From the IMG/VR virus record IMGVR_UViG_2802429234_000006: 15,576 bases of DNA. One strand, given 5' to 3'. The number at the start of each line of letters is the position of its first letter. The stretch's first letter is position 1. The position numbers and the translations under genes are program-made. Shown here in pieces: positions 14,323-15,576 of this stretch. The DNA is from a virus (taxonomy: Duplodnaviria > Heunggongvirae > Uroviricota > Caudoviricetes). Under the pieces are notes generated by a model that was not told the DNA's origin, searched no databases, and saw only the letters and a list, made by a program, of their open reading frames with translations.

Positions 14323-15576
14323 TTACGCACGAATGGTGTAATCACCAATGCCGATCCACTTGTAAGTGGTCAGTGCTTCCAGCCCCATCGGGCCGCGCGC
14401 GTGGAGTTTTTGTGTGCTTACCGCCACTTCCGCGCCAAGACCAAACTGGCCGCCGTCGGTAAAACGTGTAGAGGCGTTGACGTAAACAGCAGAAGAATCC
14501 ACTTCGTTAACAAAACGCTGGGCATTGCGCATATCACGTGTCAGGATCGCATCGGAGTGCTGGGTGCCGTGTTCACGAATATGAGCGATGGCATCGTCAA
14601 GATCGCTGACGATTTTGACGTTCAAATCTAATGACAGAAACTCATCGTCATACTCTTCGGCTTTAACAGCCACCACCTTCGCAGAGCCTGCCTGTAACTG
14701 CGCCAGCGCAGCTACATCTGCGTGTAACGTCACGCCGCTTTCCGCCATTTGCTTGCTTAATGCGGGCAGGAAGCTATCAGCGATGTTTTTATTTACCAGC
14801 AACGTTTCTACCGTATTACATGTGCTCGGACGCTGAGTTTTCGCGTTGATAATTACTTTCAGGGCTTCAGCTATCTCTGCACTTTCATCAACATAAATAT
14901 GGCAGACGCCAATACCGCCGGTGATCACCGGGATCGTTGACTGCTCGCGGCACAGCTTATGCAAACCAGCGCCACCGCGCGGGATCAGCATGTCGATGTA
15001 TTTATCCATACGCAGCATTTCACTCACCAATGCGCGATCCGGATTATCAATCGCCTGCACTGCGCCTGCCGGTAAACCGCAGGATTGCAGGGCGTCCTGA
15101 ATCACCGCCACCGTTGCAGCGTTGGTGCGGCAGGTTTCTTTACCACCGCGCAGGATCACCGCGTTACCGGTTTTCAGGCACAGGGAAGCGACATCAACCG
15201 TCACGTTCGGGCGCGCTTCATAAATCACCCCAATCACGCCAAGTGGGACGCGACGACGCTCCAGACGCAGACCGCTGTCCAGCACACCACCATCAATCAC
15301 CTGCCCCACCGGATCGGCGAGATTACATACCTGGCGCACATCGTCGGCAATGCCTTTCAGTCGCGCGGGCGTCAGTGCCAGACGGTCAAGCATCGCTTCG
15401 CTAAGGCCATTGGCACGCGCGTCAGCAACATCCAGGGCGTTAGCGTTGAGGATATTTTCGCTTTGTGCTTCCAGTTCATCGGCGATCTTTTCCAGCACGC
15501 GATTTTTTTCGCGGCTGGAGAGTTGCGCTAATTTATACGAGGCTTGCTTCGCGGCAATGCCCATTTGTTCCAGCAT
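14323..15576 (-). CDS. proA: Gamma-glutamyl phosphate reductase (glutamate-5-semialdehyde dehydrogenase), complete 417 aa
   Basis: Full-length translation [21 protein letters not shown]...[15 protein letters not shown] matches enterobacterial ProA as I recall it. The start codon is at the window's last three bases; thrW lies 115 bp downstream, as in the E. coli chromosome. Confidence 0.95.
   Translation of the reverse strand: MLEQMGIAAKQASYKLAQLSSREKNRVLEKIADELEAQSENILNANALDVADARANGLSEAMLDRLALTPARLKGIADDVRQVCNLADPVGQVIDGGVLDSGLRLERRRVPLGVIGVIYEARPNVTVDVASLCLKTGNAVILRGGKETCRTNAATVAVIQDALQSCGLPAGAVQAIDNPDRALVSEMLRMDKYIDMLIPRGGAGLHKLCREQSTIPVITGGIGVCHIYVDESAEIAEALKVIINAKTQRPSTCNTVETLLVNKNIADSFLPALSKQMAESGVTLHADVAALAQLQAGSAKVVAVKAEEYDDEFLSLDLNVKIVSDLDDAIAHIREHGTQHSDAILTRDMRNAQRFVNEVDSSAVYVNASTRFTDGGQFGLGAEVAVSTQKLHARGPMGLEALTTYKWIGIGDYTIRA

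Noticed and set aside
12652-15531. Plus-strand track ORFs antisense to the integrase and proA (for example 13358..13606, 13635..13916, 14937..15404, 15085..15531)
   Set aside because: They lie within confidently identified genes on the opposite strand and show Arg/His/Pro-rich antisense composition.
1-15576. Insertion sequence or transposon
   Set aside because: No transposase-like ORF (no DDE-type motifs noticed) and no terminal inverted repeats flanking any block. Mobility is explained by the tRNA-associated tyrosine integrase.

Overview
This window is the tRNA-proximal ~14 kb of an integrated mobile element at the thrW tRNA-Thr(CGU) gene, immediately downstream of a complete proA (gamma-glutamyl phosphate reductase, Enterobacteriaceae-type). 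No attR-like repeat of the tRNA 3' end was seen by eye, so the element appears to run past coordinate 1. All element genes but one are on the minus strand: a P4-family tyrosine integrase, an AT-rich 251-aa gene of unknown function, AlpA, an antirepressor-like protein, a tightly coupled operon ending in a 710-aa P-loop replication protein, an iteron-rich putative origin, a PerC-like regulator, a lipoprotein and membrane protein, an HTH protein beside a second repeat array, and an AT-rich two-gene cargo operon. The architecture resembles a phage satellite or phage-inducible chromosomal island; no capsid, tail or terminase-large genes are present. The most interesting candidates are the AT-rich two-gene operon at 1..1598 (possible defence or abortive-infection cargo) and the dense, unexplained repeat array at 2226..2510. 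All protein family calls are from reading the translations without database searches, and coordinates of hand-derived features may be off by a base or two.
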